A stretch of DNA of 64,000 bases from an uncultured Actinomycetota bacterium (GTDB lineage: Bacteria; Actinomycetota; Actinomycetes; CAVWCF01), in contig CAVWCF010000005.1 of the NCBI GenBank assembly GCA_963753435.1, positions 96,001 through 160,000 of the forward strand, in the 5' to 3' direction. The notes under the pieces were generated by a model, which saw nothing but the letters and a program-made list of their open reading frames with translations, ran no database searches and was not told the origin of the DNA. Within the stretch, counting starts at the first letter, position 1; the number at the start of each line of letters is the position of its first letter. The position numbers and the translations under genes were made by a program. Shown here piece after piece: positions 40,463-49,941 of the stretch.

Positions 40463-42007
40463 GTGGACCTGAGCAAGCGCATGACCGTGGTGACCGCAGT
40501 GACGTTGTGGGGCAGCGTCGCGCTTGCGGTGATGGCTGCTGCCGTCACCGACCGGTTCACCGACGCCGAGGTCAATTGGCCCATGGTCGCGGTCTGGACC
40601 GCGGTTGGCTGTGGGATCGCCGCCACCTCCACCCTGCTGGCCATCCGCGCTTGGCGCAGCGGTGCGGACACCGACACCGTGAGCCGAGTCATGCGCGCGG
40701 TCCTGATTGGGGCCGTCGTCTACATCGGCGGGATCTCGGTGGCCAGCGGCGGACTGCTCGGCGCCGGTGCCGTACTCCTGGCCGTCACCGTCCTGTTCTC
40801 ATCAATGGTCTTCAATCGGGTGGGCCTGGTCGCCTTCGGCGCCTACCTCAGCGTCACGGTGGTCGTGATCGGCGTTGTCACGGACACCTGGGTGGCCTCC
40901 GCGCTGCCGATCGCGTTGGTTGCGTTGGTTGCGCTGCCGGCGATGGTCCTGGTGGACGGCGAACTGGCCGAATCCCTCGCGTCGCACGAACGACGGGCAC
41001 AGGCCGAACGCGACCGACTGCAGGCACAGATCGCCGACCTGTCCGCTGCCTTGGCTCGCGCCGCCGACGGGGACCTGTCCGATTCCAGCGCGCTGCCACA
41101 AGGGGAGTCGGTGACAGAGCTCACGACGGCCTTGCGCCACACGCTGGTCAGCCTTCGTGGTCTGGTTGAGCAGGTCCGCAGCGGTGGTGATCAACTCACC
41201 AGCAGCGCCACCGAGTTGCTCAACGTGGCGGAGGAGCAGGCGAGCAACGCCTCGGAGCAGTCCTCGGCGTTGACCGAGACCACGTCCACGATCGAGGAGT
41301 TGGCGGCGACCGCCGCGCAGATCGCCGACACCGCAGAGGCGGTCTCCCGCTACGCGGCGGAGACGCTCAGGTACGCCGAGGATGGTCGTTTCGCCGTTCA
41401 GCAGAGCGTCGACGCGATGGATCAGATTGCGGTGCGGGTGGATTCGATCGCGGATCGGGCGGGGCGGTTGGGGGAGAAGTCTTCGGAGATCGGTCGGATT
41501 CTGGAAGTGATCGATGATCTTGCGGATCGGACGAATCTGTTGGCGTTGAACGCGGCTATTGAGGCGGCCCGGGCTGGGGAGCATGGCCGGGGGTTCGCGG
41601 TGGTGGCTGCGGAGGTGCGCAAGTTGGCGGAGCGGGCGCAGGAGTCCACGGGGCAGATTCAGGCGATCGTGGCGGAGATTTCGGCGGAGACGTCGGCGAC
41701 GGTGTTGGCGTCGCAGGAGGGGGCTGCGGAGGTTCATGCGGGGGTGGAGTTGGCCCGGGGGGTGGAGCAGGCGTTGGAGCGGATTTCGGGGATGGTGGAT
41801 GAGACGACGACTGCTGCTAAGGAGATCTCGATCGCCACGCAGCAGCAGCGCAGTGCGTCCGATCAGGTGGTGTCGGCGATGACGCAGGTGTCCGACGCCA
41901 CCCGCCAGCACGCCGCCGGATCCCGCCAGGCCGCAGCGGCCGCCGCCCAACTCAACGGGTTGGCGCACGGTCTGTCCGAATCGATTGCGCGATTCCGGCT
42001 GTCATGA
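40463..42007 (+). CDS. Methyl-accepting chemotaxis protein with multi-TM N-terminal sensor
   Basis: 5-6 hydrophobic helices, HAMP-like ADGDLS, tip [34 protein letters not shown]. Confidence 0.95.
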   Translation: MDLSKRMTVVTAVTLWGSVALAVMAAAVTDRFTDAEVNWPMVAVWTAVGCGIAATSTLLAIRAWRSGADTDTVSRVMRAVLIGAVVYIGGISVASGGLLGAGAVLLAVTVLFSSMVFNRVGLVAFGAYLSVTVVVIGVVTDTWVASALPIALVALVALPAMVLVDGELAESLASHERRAQAERDRLQAQIADLSAALARAADGDLSDSSALPQGESVTELTTALRHTLVSLRGLVEQVRSGGDQLTSSATELLNVAEEQASNASEQSSALTETTSTIEELAATAAQIADTAEAVSRYAAETLRYAEDGRFAVQQSVDAMDQIAVRVDSIADRAGRLGEKSSEIGRILEVIDDLADRTNLLALNAAIEAARAGEHGRGFAVVAAEVRKLAERAQESTGQIQAIVAEISAETSATVLASQEGAAEVHAGVELARGVEQALERISGMVDETTTAAKEISIATQQQRSASDQVVSAMTQVSDATRQHAAGSRQAAAAAAQLNGLAHGLSESIARFRLS

Positions 42008-44049
42008 GCTGGGCCGACGACCCGGAACTGGTCGCCACCTTCCGGGCCGAAGTGGAGGAGCGGCTCGCTTCGCTCACCTCTGGCCTGCTGCAGTTGGAGA
42101 AGGTCGGCCCGGGTCGGGAGTTGCTCGACCGGCTCTTCCGGGACGCGCACACGGTCAAGGGCTCGGCCCGGATGCTGGGTCTGGACGCGGTCGTCGAGTT
42201 GGCGCACCGCTGTGAGGACGTGTTCGGCGCGGTCCGGGACCAGCGAATTGAAGTCAGCAAGGCGCTGATCGACTTGTTGTTGGCCGCGACGTCAGGCATC
42301 GAGCGGCAGTTGCCAGGTGCCGAGCAGCCGCTGGTACCGGCGGACGCTGCTGCCCTGGTGGCGGCCCTGGAAGCTGCTCGCGACGGCGCGGACGTGGTGG
42401 TGCCGCAACTCAGCGAGGCAGTGGTCGAGGCGGTTGAGCGCGCTGACCTAGTGCGCATCCCCACTTCGCGAGTGCACCTGCTGGTCGACACCGTGGGTGA
42501 GGCGGAGCTACGCGCCCGACACGTCGGTGCGTCGGCGCTGGGCATTCATCGGCAGCTCGGCGAAATCGTTCGCGAGATGGAAGCGGCCGCGGCAACCGAC
42601 ACAGCGGAGTTGTTGACCCGGCTGGAGTCGATTCACGCCGCTGCCGAAGACCTGCGCCGTGACTCTGCCGACGCCGCCGAACGGCTGGTGAATGTGCGCG
42701 ACGCGGCGATGGCGCTGGCAATGGTGCCGTTGCGCCGCGTGGTCACCGCGTTCAATCAGTTGGTGCGCGAAGTTGCGCTGTCCGGTGGTCGGGACGTGGA
42801 CCTGGTTGTCACCGGCGCCGACGTCGAATTGGACGCGCGCGTTCTTGATGGAGTCGCCGATGCGCTGCGCCACTTGGTGACGAATGCCGTCGACCACGGG
42901 TGCGCCACCCCGGCGGAGCGCATCGCGGCCGGCAAGCCACCGCGCGCGACCGTTTCACTGCACGCGCGCGCTCTGGGGGCGGCCGTCGCGATCGAGGTTG
43001 CCGATGATGGTGCGGGCATCGATGTGCCAGCCGTGCTGCAGGCAACCGGCGCATCGGATCTGCTCGAAGCCCTCTGTCAGCCGGGGTTCTCCACCAGGTC
43101 CACGGTGACGACCACGTCCGGGCGCGGGGTTGGCCTGGATGTCGTGCGCCGAGCCGTTCAAGGACTCGGCGGCACCCTGCAGGTGGAGACATCGGGCGCG
43201 GGGACAAGGTTCACGCTGACCGTGCCGGTCACGCTCGGGGTCATGCGCTGTCTGATTGCCCGCATCGGGTCGCAGCGATATGCGATTCCGGTGGCCAACA
43301 TCGTGGAGTCGTTGGACCTGCGCACCACAGCCGTATACGACGTCGCTGGACGTCCGTGCCTGCTTCGTGGCGACGACCTGGTCCCGATTGCCTCGGTCGG
43401 GTCCGCACTCGCGGTGGAGTCCGGTTTCGGGGACCGGGCCGTTCTCGTCCGCCGTGGTGATCAGTTGTGGGCCTGGGCCGTTGACGAGTTGGTCGCCGAG
43501 CGCGAAGTTGTCGTCAAGGAGTTGGGCCCGTTCCTGGGTCGCAGCTCGAGATACCCAGGCGCCAGCTTGGACGAAGAAGGCCGCATCATCCCGCTGTTGG
43601 ATCTGCGGGACCTGGCCCCACACGACGGCAAGACCCCGCCCCTGGCCGCCGCCGCAGGATCCGCCGCGGAGCCCTCGCCGGCGGCCCGGATTCTCATCGT
43701 GGAGGACAGCGCCGGGGTCCGCGAACTGCAGCGCAGCATCCTCAGCGGCGCGGGGTATGAGGTCGACACCGCTGTTGACGGGACCGAAGGTGCAGCCAGG
43801 CTGACCGGCGAACCGGTCGATCTGGTGGTCTCCGACGTGGAGATGCCCGGCATGGACGGTTTCCGGCTGACCCGGACGATCCGGCGCACCCCCGGCTGGG
43901 AGCAAGTGCCCGTTGTGATCATGACTTCCCGTGGGGAAGAGGCCGACCAGCGCGCCGGCCTGGACGCAGGAGCTGACGCCTACTTGCTCAAGAGTTCGTT
44001 CGACTCGTCCGAACTCATCAGTACCGTCCGGCGGCTCGTAGGACGCTGA
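42004..44049 (+). CDS. cheA: CheA-type histidine kinase with C-terminal receiver (Hpt-dimer-HATPase-CheW-REC; WspE/ChpA-like)
   Basis: [11 protein letters not shown] (Hpt), [22 protein letters not shown]...[10 protein letters not shown], CheW domain, ILIVEDS...[10 protein letters not shown]. Confidence 0.94.
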   Translation: MSWADDPELVATFRAEVEERLASLTSGLLQLEKVGPGRELLDRLFRDAHTVKGSARMLGLDAVVELAHRCEDVFGAVRDQRIEVSKALIDLLLAATSGIERQLPGAEQPLVPADAAALVAALEAARDGADVVVPQLSEAVVEAVERADLVRIPTSRVHLLVDTVGEAELRARHVGASALGIHRQLGEIVREMEAAAATDTAELLTRLESIHAAAEDLRRDSADAAERLVNVRDAAMALAMVPLRRVVTAFNQLVREVALSGGRDVDLVVTGADVELDARVLDGVADALRHLVTNAVDHGCATPAERIAAGKPPRATVSLHARALGAAVAIEVADDGAGIDVPAVLQATGASDLLEALCQPGFSTRSTVTTTSGRGVGLDVVRRAVQGLGGTLQVETSGAGTRFTLTVPVTLGVMRCLIARIGSQRYAIPVANIVESLDLRTTAVYDVAGRPCLLRGDDLVPIASVGSALAVESGFGDRAVLVRRGDQLWAWAVDELVAEREVVVKELGPFLGRSSRYPGASLDEEGRIIPLLDLRDLAPHDGKTPPLAAAAGSAAEPSPAARILIVEDSAGVRELQRSILSGAGYEVDTAVDGTEGAARLTGEPVDLVVSDVEMPGMDGFRLTRTIRRTPGWEQVPVVIMTSRGEEADQRAGLDAGADAYLLKSSFDSSELISTVRRLVGR

Positions 44050-44066
44050 CCGGTTCAGGAGGTGCC

Positions 44067-45035
44067 ATGCCCAAGGTCGTGATTGCCGACGACAGCCCCA
44101 CGCTGCGCCGCATCGTCGCCGCGGTCTTGGAGCGCGAAGGCTTCGAGGTAGTGAGCGTCGAGAACGGCATCCAAGCTGTTCAGGCGGTGTTCCGGGAGCA
44201 GCCGGACGCGGCGGTCCTGGACATCCAGATGCCCAGGTTGTCCGGTTATGTGGCAGTTCGCGTCCTGAAGGACGACTGGCAGACAGCGGACATCCCAGCC
44301 CTGCTGCTCACCAGCCTCGACGCCGCTGCCGACCGGTACTGGGGCAGCCTGGTTGGAGCCGAGGGCTTCCTCACCAAAGACTTCGAGGCGCCGGAACTGG
44401 TTTCGGCGGTGCAAGCCGCCATCAATGCCGCCGACGTGACTCGCGGTGGTCGTGCGCGGCACACGCCCGAACCGGTTGATCTGACCGACGATGACGTGTT
44501 CGCCCGTGTCAGTGACCTGCTTGACCGCAAGCTGTTTGAGTCGCAGGTGACCGCGGACGTCACGGCCATTCCGGCCGAGGCGCACGGATTCGAAGAGACC
44601 GTCGCGGCCGTGCTGCAGGTGGTCGCCCGGATCGCCGAGTACGACCTGGCCGGGGTGCTGATGCTGGACGACCTGGCCGCCTACTTGTCGGTTACGCGGG
44701 AGACGTCGACCCAGCAGTACGGGGAGTTCTTGACAGCGATGGCCGACGCCGCCGCGCAGGCCACCGGTGAGGCGGTCGGCGTGCACGACGTCACGCCGCG
44801 GATCGCCGACCCGGACGCCTTCCTCGGTGCGGAGGATGACGGCGAGATGGCCACCTTCTTGTCGATGCCGCTGCGGGCGCGCGGACGTGTCGTGGGGGTG
44901 TTGGGGCTGTCGAGCGCAGCCGCCAACGCATTCGGCGAATCCTCGCTCACCACGCTGCGGTTGATCGACTCCCCGGTGGCAGTCGTGGTCGACAACGCTC
45001 GCCTGCACCGGGCGGCCGCACAGCCCACCGCCTGA
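44067..45035 (+). CDS. Response regulator, REC plus C-terminal GAF-like domain, no enzymatic or DNA-binding output
   Basis: IADDS, LDIQMP, LLTS...DRYWG..VGAEGFLTK; C-terminal FLSMPLRARGRVVGVLGL...NAFGE...DNARLH. Confidence 0.85.
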   Translation: MPKVVIADDSPTLRRIVAAVLEREGFEVVSVENGIQAVQAVFREQPDAAVLDIQMPRLSGYVAVRVLKDDWQTADIPALLLTSLDAAADRYWGSLVGAEGFLTKDFEAPELVSAVQAAINAADVTRGGRARHTPEPVDLTDDDVFARVSDLLDRKLFESQVTADVTAIPAEAHGFEETVAAVLQVVARIAEYDLAGVLMLDDLAAYLSVTRETSTQQYGEFLTAMADAAAQATGEAVGVHDVTPRIADPDAFLGAEDDGEMATFLSMPLRARGRVVGVLGLSSAAANAFGESSLTTLRLIDSPVAVVVDNARLHRAAAQPTA

Positions 45036-45117
45036 CCCGTCGCCGGGACGAAAACCCGCAGCCTGACCTGCGCGCCGAGCAGCCGAAGGTTTGCTCCCTT
45101 AGGGTGCGGGGGATCAC

Positions 45118-46896
45118 ATGTCAGTGCCTCCAGTCGACTCAGCGCCCGGTTCCAGGCCCTCTCGCGCCCTGGTTCTGGTTGGTGCTGCCCTGGCCGCCGC
45201 GGCAGTCACATACCTACTGCTCGTCCTGACCAACGGGGACATTCCCCGGGGCACGAGCGTCCTGGGGATCCCGCTGGACGGTCAGTCCACGGACGAGGCG
45301 CTGGCCACATTGAACGCCGAGGCTGATCGGGCCGTTGTACCGATTCCGGTGACGGCTGGCGCGGTTAGTGCCGATTTGGACCCAGCGCAGGCGGGGCTGA
45401 CCTGGGACATCCCGGCAACCGTTGCTGCGGCCGCAAAGCCGGTCTGGAACCCGCTGCTGCTGCTCGGCGGACTGTTCGGCAGCAGCGACGTGGATCCGGT
45501 CGTGACGGCAGATGCGGAGTCCTTGCGCACGGAGTTGGACGCCCTCGCTGCCGACGCCGATGTGCCCGTCGTAGAGGGGTCGGTGCAGTTCGCCGACGGG
45601 GTGGCAACGGCGATCGAACCGGTTCCTGGCTCGCAACTGGACCTGGACGCCGCCGCCGAGGCGGTCATCGCCGGGTACCTGCGCACGCAGGACCCGGTCG
45701 AACTGCCCATGCGGGAGGTGCCGGTAACCATCTCCGCCGACGAGGTGCAGCGGGCGCTGACGGAGTTTGCCGAGCCGGCGTTGTCGGCGCCGGTGGCGGT
45801 CACCGTGGGCGGCCAAACGGTCACCGTCACACCGGAGCAACTGTCCGCGGCGCTGAGCGTGGAGGCGGTCGACGGCAGTCTGCAGCCGCGGCTGGACGCC
45901 GACGCGCTGGTCGCGGCGTCGCCGGGGCTTACCGACGTTGAGTCGCCGGCCACGGATGCCGTGATCGACGTGGTCGGGGGTGCCGTGACCATCGCCCCGT
46001 CCAAACCGGGACGGGAGTTCGATACCGCGCAGCTGGCCGAGGCAGTGCTGCCGGTACTGACCGAAACCGGGTCCGGGCGGCAGGCTTCGGCGGTGCTGAG
46101 GACCCTTGAGGCCGACCTCACGACTGCGGAGGCGCAAGCCTTGGGGGTGGTCGAAGAGGTCTCCTCTTATCGCACGACCTATCCATATGCCGCCTACCGG
46201 CTGACGAACATCCACCGCGCGGCGGACCTGATCGACGGTGTGCTGCTGTTGCCCGGTGAGACCTTCAGTCTCAACGAAACCGTGGGGGAGCGCACCGAGG
46301 CCAACGGTTTCGCCAAAGGCACGATCATCAAGGACGGTCGCTTCTTCGAGGACTTCGGCGGCGGCGTCTCCCAGGTGGCGACCACCGCGTTCAACGCAAT
46401 GTTCTTCGCTGGCCTCGAGGATGTTGAGCACAAGCCGCACTCGTTCTACATCAGCCGCTACCCGGTCGGGCGCGAAGCCACCGTTGCGTGGCCGGTCGTC
46501 GACTTGCGGTTCCGCAACGATTCGCCGCACGGGGTACTGGTGAAGACCAGCTACACCGACAGATCGGTCACCGTGTCGCTGTGGAGCACCAAGGTCTGGG
46601 ACATCGAATCCATCACCGGCCCGCGCACCGATCGCAAGGCACCAAAGACCGTGTACGACCCCTCCGACAAGTGCTTGCCGCAGTCGCCGGTGGACGGGTT
46701 CCGCATCGTCGTCACGCGGGTCTTCAAGAAGGGCGACGAAGAGGTCAAGCGCGAGGACTTCAAGACCACCTATCGGCCGGCTGACCGGGTGCTTTGCCGT
46801 GCCGAGCCGAAGCCGGCGCCATCGCCATCGGCTTCGCCTTCCGCCAGTGCGTCGCCGTCGCCTTCGCCGACCCCCACACCGACGGCCTCGCCCTAG
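45118..46896 (+). CDS. VanW-domain membrane protein with putative peptidoglycan-binding repeats
   Basis: N-terminal TM; RLTNI..AA..IDG.LL.PGETFSLNETVGERT..NGF, GGGVSQVATT.FNA, PHSFYISRYP.GREAT, DLRFRND; (PS)n tail. Confidence 0.88.
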   Translation: MSVPPVDSAPGSRPSRALVLVGAALAAAAVTYLLLVLTNGDIPRGTSVLGIPLDGQSTDEALATLNAEADRAVVPIPVTAGAVSADLDPAQAGLTWDIPATVAAAAKPVWNPLLLLGGLFGSSDVDPVVTADAESLRTELDALAADADVPVVEGSVQFADGVATAIEPVPGSQLDLDAAAEAVIAGYLRTQDPVELPMREVPVTISADEVQRALTEFAEPALSAPVAVTVGGQTVTVTPEQLSAALSVEAVDGSLQPRLDADALVAASPGLTDVESPATDAVIDVVGGAVTIAPSKPGREFDTAQLAEAVLPVLTETGSGRQASAVLRTLEADLTTAEAQALGVVEEVSSYRTTYPYAAYRLTNIHRAADLIDGVLLLPGETFSLNETVGERTEANGFAKGTIIKDGRFFEDFGGGVSQVATTAFNAMFFAGLEDVEHKPHSFYISRYPVGREATVAWPVVDLRFRNDSPHGVLVKTSYTDRSVTVSLWSTKVWDIESITGPRTDRKAPKTVYDPSDKCLPQSPVDGFRIVVTRVFKKGDEEVKREDFKTTYRPADRVLCRAEPKPAPSPSASPSASASPSPSPTPTPTASP

Positions 46897-46900
46897 CCAC

Positions 46901-48286
46901 TCAGTTCAGCGACCAGGTCTGTCCATCTTTGGTGTCAGCAACCTCGACACCGAGGGCAGCGAGTTCAGCCCGTAGCCGGTCCGACTCGGGGAAGTCCTTG
47001 CGGCTGCGCGCCTCAGCCCGCGCGTCAAGTAGCTCCTGCGCACCGTCCGGTAGCGCCGCCGCCGGGCGGCCGACCTCGCGGGTCAGGTCCAGTCCCAGTA
47101 GCCGGTCGGCCGCTGCGGCGGTCTCGAACTTCGCCCCATCCGGCACGGCCGCGCGCTCCAGTGCACGTAGCGCCTGCAGCGCCCTTGGGGTGTCCAGGTC
47201 GTCGGCGAAGGCAGCTGTCACTGCCGCCAGGAGGTCGCGGTCGGCCGGCGCCGACGGGGCCTCCGCCCAAGTGGCCACGCTGCGGCGCCAACGCCGCAGT
47301 TGCGCGTCTGCGGCTGTCAGTGCCGCCCAGGACAGGTCGGCCTGCGTTCGGTAGCGCATCTGCAAGAACGCCAGCCGCAAGGAAAGCGGGTCCAGACCAC
47401 GTTGGCTGACGTCGCTCAGCAGCACCACGTTTCCGGCCGACTTGGCCATCTTGCGTCCTTCGAACAGCAGGTGTTCCCCATGCACCCAGTGGCGCACGGT
47501 CTGCGACCCGACGGCAGCGTCGGACTGCGCCCGTTCGTCCTCGTGGTGCGGGAAGCGCAGGTCGATGCCGCCCACGTGGACATCCACGTCCGGGCCCAGG
47601 TGGTGCAGCAACATCGCGGAGCATTCGATGTGCCAGCCGGGGAATCCCGGCCCCCACGGGGAGTCCCAGACCATCTGGCGCCGCTGCCCGGCCCGCTTCC
47701 AGAGTGCCCAGTCGGCGTGGAATCGCTTGGCGTCATCAACTTGCTCCAGTCGGTGGCCGGGCTTGAGGTCGGCCAACCGGTTGCCGCTGAGCTCGCCATA
47801 TCCGGCGAACGACTGGGCGTCGAAGAACACCGAGCCGTCGGCACCGACGTAGGCATGTCCACCGTCGATGAGCCTGGCGATCAGGTCGATCATCAGCTCG
47901 ATCGAATCGCTGGCCCGCGGATACGCATCCGCGGGCAACACGTTCAAGGCGGCCAGGTCCGCGTGGAAGCGCCGTTCGTACTCGCGGGCCACGGCGAACG
48001 GGTCACGACCCTCCTTGGCCGCGGCCGCGAGCAGCTTGTCCTCGCCGTCGACCGCCAGATCGTCGTCGGCGGCCATGTGGCCGACATCGGTGATGTTCTG
48101 GACCAGGCGCACCTGGAGGCCCTCGAACTCCGCGGTACGCCGGATCAGGTCGCCCAGCAGGAACGTTCGTAGGTTGCCGACGTGGGCGTCGCGGTAGACG
48201 GTCGGCCCGCAGCAGTACATCCGCAGGATTGGCCCGTCGGGCTCGATTGCCTCGACCTGTCGAGTCGCCGTGTCGTACAGCCGCAT
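46901..48286 (-). CDS. cysS: Cysteine--tRNA ligase
   Basis: YCCGPTVY, HVGN (HIGH), GWHIECSAM, GGIDLRFPHHEDE, KMAKS; C-terminal anticodon-binding domain R..AR..KDF..SD.LR..L...GVEV.D. Confidence 0.88.
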   Translation of the reverse strand: MRLYDTATRQVEAIEPDGPILRMYCCGPTVYRDAHVGNLRTFLLGDLIRRTAEFEGLQVRLVQNITDVGHMAADDDLAVDGEDKLLAAAAKEGRDPFAVAREYERRFHADLAALNVLPADAYPRASDSIELMIDLIARLIDGGHAYVGADGSVFFDAQSFAGYGELSGNRLADLKPGHRLEQVDDAKRFHADWALWKRAGQRRQMVWDSPWGPGFPGWHIECSAMLLHHLGPDVDVHVGGIDLRFPHHEDERAQSDAAVGSQTVRHWVHGEHLLFEGRKMAKSAGNVVLLSDVSQRGLDPLSLRLAFLQMRYRTQADLSWAALTAADAQLRRWRRSVATWAEAPSAPADRDLLAAVTAAFADDLDTPRALQALRALERAAVPDGAKFETAAAADRLLGLDLTREVGRPAAALPDGAQELLDARAEARSRKDFPESDRLRAELAALGVEVADTKDGQTWSLN

Positions 48287-48419
48287 GCGCCCAACCTATG
48301 ACGGCACCTCCTGGCGCCGACTTGCGCGGGCCGCAGGGGTGGGTGTCGTGGCCGATGTGGCCGCGGGGATACTAGATTTCGGCTCGGCCCTCAGGCCGAG
48401 GACCGGGATAGGAGGACCC

Positions 48420-48746
48420 GTGACCTACGTCATCGCCCAGCCCTGTGTGGACGTGTTGGACAAGGCGTGCATCGAGGAGTGCCCTGTCGACTGCATCTAT
48501 GAGGGCGAGCGGATGCTCTACATCCACCCCGATGAGTGCGTTGACTGCGGCGCCTGCGAGCCGGTGTGCCCGGTAGAGGCGATCTTCTATGAAGACGACG
48601 TGCCCGAGCAGTGGAAAGACTTCTACAAGGCGAACGTCGAGTTCTTCGACGACCTCGGCTCCCCAGGTGGTGCCGCCAAGCTCGGCAAGATTGACAAGGA
48701 CCACCCGCTGGTCGCCGCTCTGCCGCCGCAGGGCGAGGGTTCCTGA
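48420..48746 (+). CDS. fdxA: 7Fe ferredoxin
   Basis: TYVIAQPCVDVLDKACIEECPVDCIYEG...ECVDCGACEPVCPVEAI; AGGAGG RBS before GTG 48420. Confidence 0.96.
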   Translation: MTYVIAQPCVDVLDKACIEECPVDCIYEGERMLYIHPDECVDCGACEPVCPVEAIFYEDDVPEQWKDFYKANVEFFDDLGSPGGAAKLGKIDKDHPLVAALPPQGEGS

Positions 48747-48801
48747 CCGCTTGACTGACTCCACCGCCGCGCCGTCCACCCCCGGGTGGGCGGCGTCGCG
48801 C

Positions 48802-49896
48802 ATGTCTGAGCGTCTCCCGGTGTTTCCGTGGGACACCGTTGCCGACCTGGCCGCCACCGCATCCGCGCACCCCGCCGGCGTCATCGACCTGTCGGTCGGC
48901 ACGCCCGTGGACCCGGTCCCGGAGGTGGCCCAACAAGCACTCGCCGCGGCCGCGGACTCGCCCGGTTACCCGGCCACCGCCGGTTCGGCGTCACTTCGGT
49001 TAGCCGCCGCCGAGTGGCTGCAGCGGCGCACTGGAGCGGTCGGCATGGATCCGGATCGGCACGTGCTGCCGAGCATCGGCAGCAAGGAACTCGTGGCTTG
49101 GTTGCCCACCCTGCTGGGGCTGGGCGCCGATGACCTGGTCATGGTCCCCGAACTGGCCTACCCCACGTACGAGATTGGGGTACGGCTCGCCGGTGCGGTG
49201 CCGCTGCGCGCCGATGCGACGAGCGCGCTCGGCCCCCAACGGCCCGCCCTGATCTGGATCAACACGCCAGCCAACCCATCCGGCCGCGTCCTCGGTGTCG
49301 AGCACCTGCGCAAGATGGTTGCTTTTGCCCGGCAGCGCGGCGCACTGCTGGTTTCTGACGAGTGCTACCTGGAACTGGGCTGGGACGTCCGCCCCGTTTC
49401 GGTGCTGCACCGAGACGTCTGCGACGGCGATGTGACTGGGCTCCTGGCAGTGCACTCGCTGTCGAAACGCTCCAACCTCGCCGGGTACCGGGCTGGTCTG
49501 GTCGCCGGCGACCCGGGTGTGATCTCCGAGTTGCTCGCGGTGCGCAAGCACGCCGGCATGATGACCCCGGCTCCCGTGCAAGCGGCGGCCGCAGCGGCTT
49601 GGGGCGACGACGAGCACGTCAACGTCCAGCGGTCCCGGTACCGCCGGCGCCGCGACGTGCTGGCTGCAGGACTGCGGGCCGCCGGGTTCCGAATCGATGA
49701 CTCCGAGGCGGGCTTGTATCTGTGGGTCACGCGCGGGGAACCGGCCCGCCAGACAGCCGCCTGGCTGGCTGATCGGGGCTTGCTGGTGGCCCCCGGTGAC
49801 TTCTACGGACCGGCTGGACGAGACCATGTACGGGTGGCGCTGACCGTTTCTGACGCCGGCGCCGAGGACGCAGCCGAACGTTTGGCGGCCGGATGA
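48802..49896 (+). CDS. dapC: Succinyldiaminopimelate transaminase
   Basis: LPVFPWD, DLSVGTPVDP, GSKELVAWLP, SDECY, HSLSKRSNLAGYRAG; follows fdxA. Confidence 0.92.
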   Translation: MSERLPVFPWDTVADLAATASAHPAGVIDLSVGTPVDPVPEVAQQALAAAADSPGYPATAGSASLRLAAAEWLQRRTGAVGMDPDRHVLPSIGSKELVAWLPTLLGLGADDLVMVPELAYPTYEIGVRLAGAVPLRADATSALGPQRPALIWINTPANPSGRVLGVEHLRKMVAFARQRGALLVSDECYLELGWDVRPVSVLHRDVCDGDVTGLLAVHSLSKRSNLAGYRAGLVAGDPGVISELLAVRKHAGMMTPAPVQAAAAAAWGDDEHVNVQRSRYRRRRDVLAAGLRAAGFRIDDSEAGLYLWVTRGEPARQTAAWLADRGLLVAPGDFYGPAGRDHVRVALTVSDAGAEDAAERLAAG

Positions 49897-49941
49897 ACCG
49901 GCGCGTGCCGCGATCAGATCGAAACTGCAGAGGGGAATCGC

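Noticed and set aside
45064-45073. TGACCTGCG motif as a second att end closing the chemosensory block
   Set aside because: It is a short motif common in actinobacterial intergenic DNA, with no phased arm repeats or duplicated target here.
45118-46896. Vancomycin-resistance locus
   Set aside because: VanW-domain proteins are common near fdxA in actinobacteria, and there is no vanHAX or vanRS.
46901-48286. mshC, suggested by the nearby mshB
   Set aside because: It has CGPTVY and a C-terminal anticodon-binding domain typical of CysRS, not the CGITPY motif of MshC.
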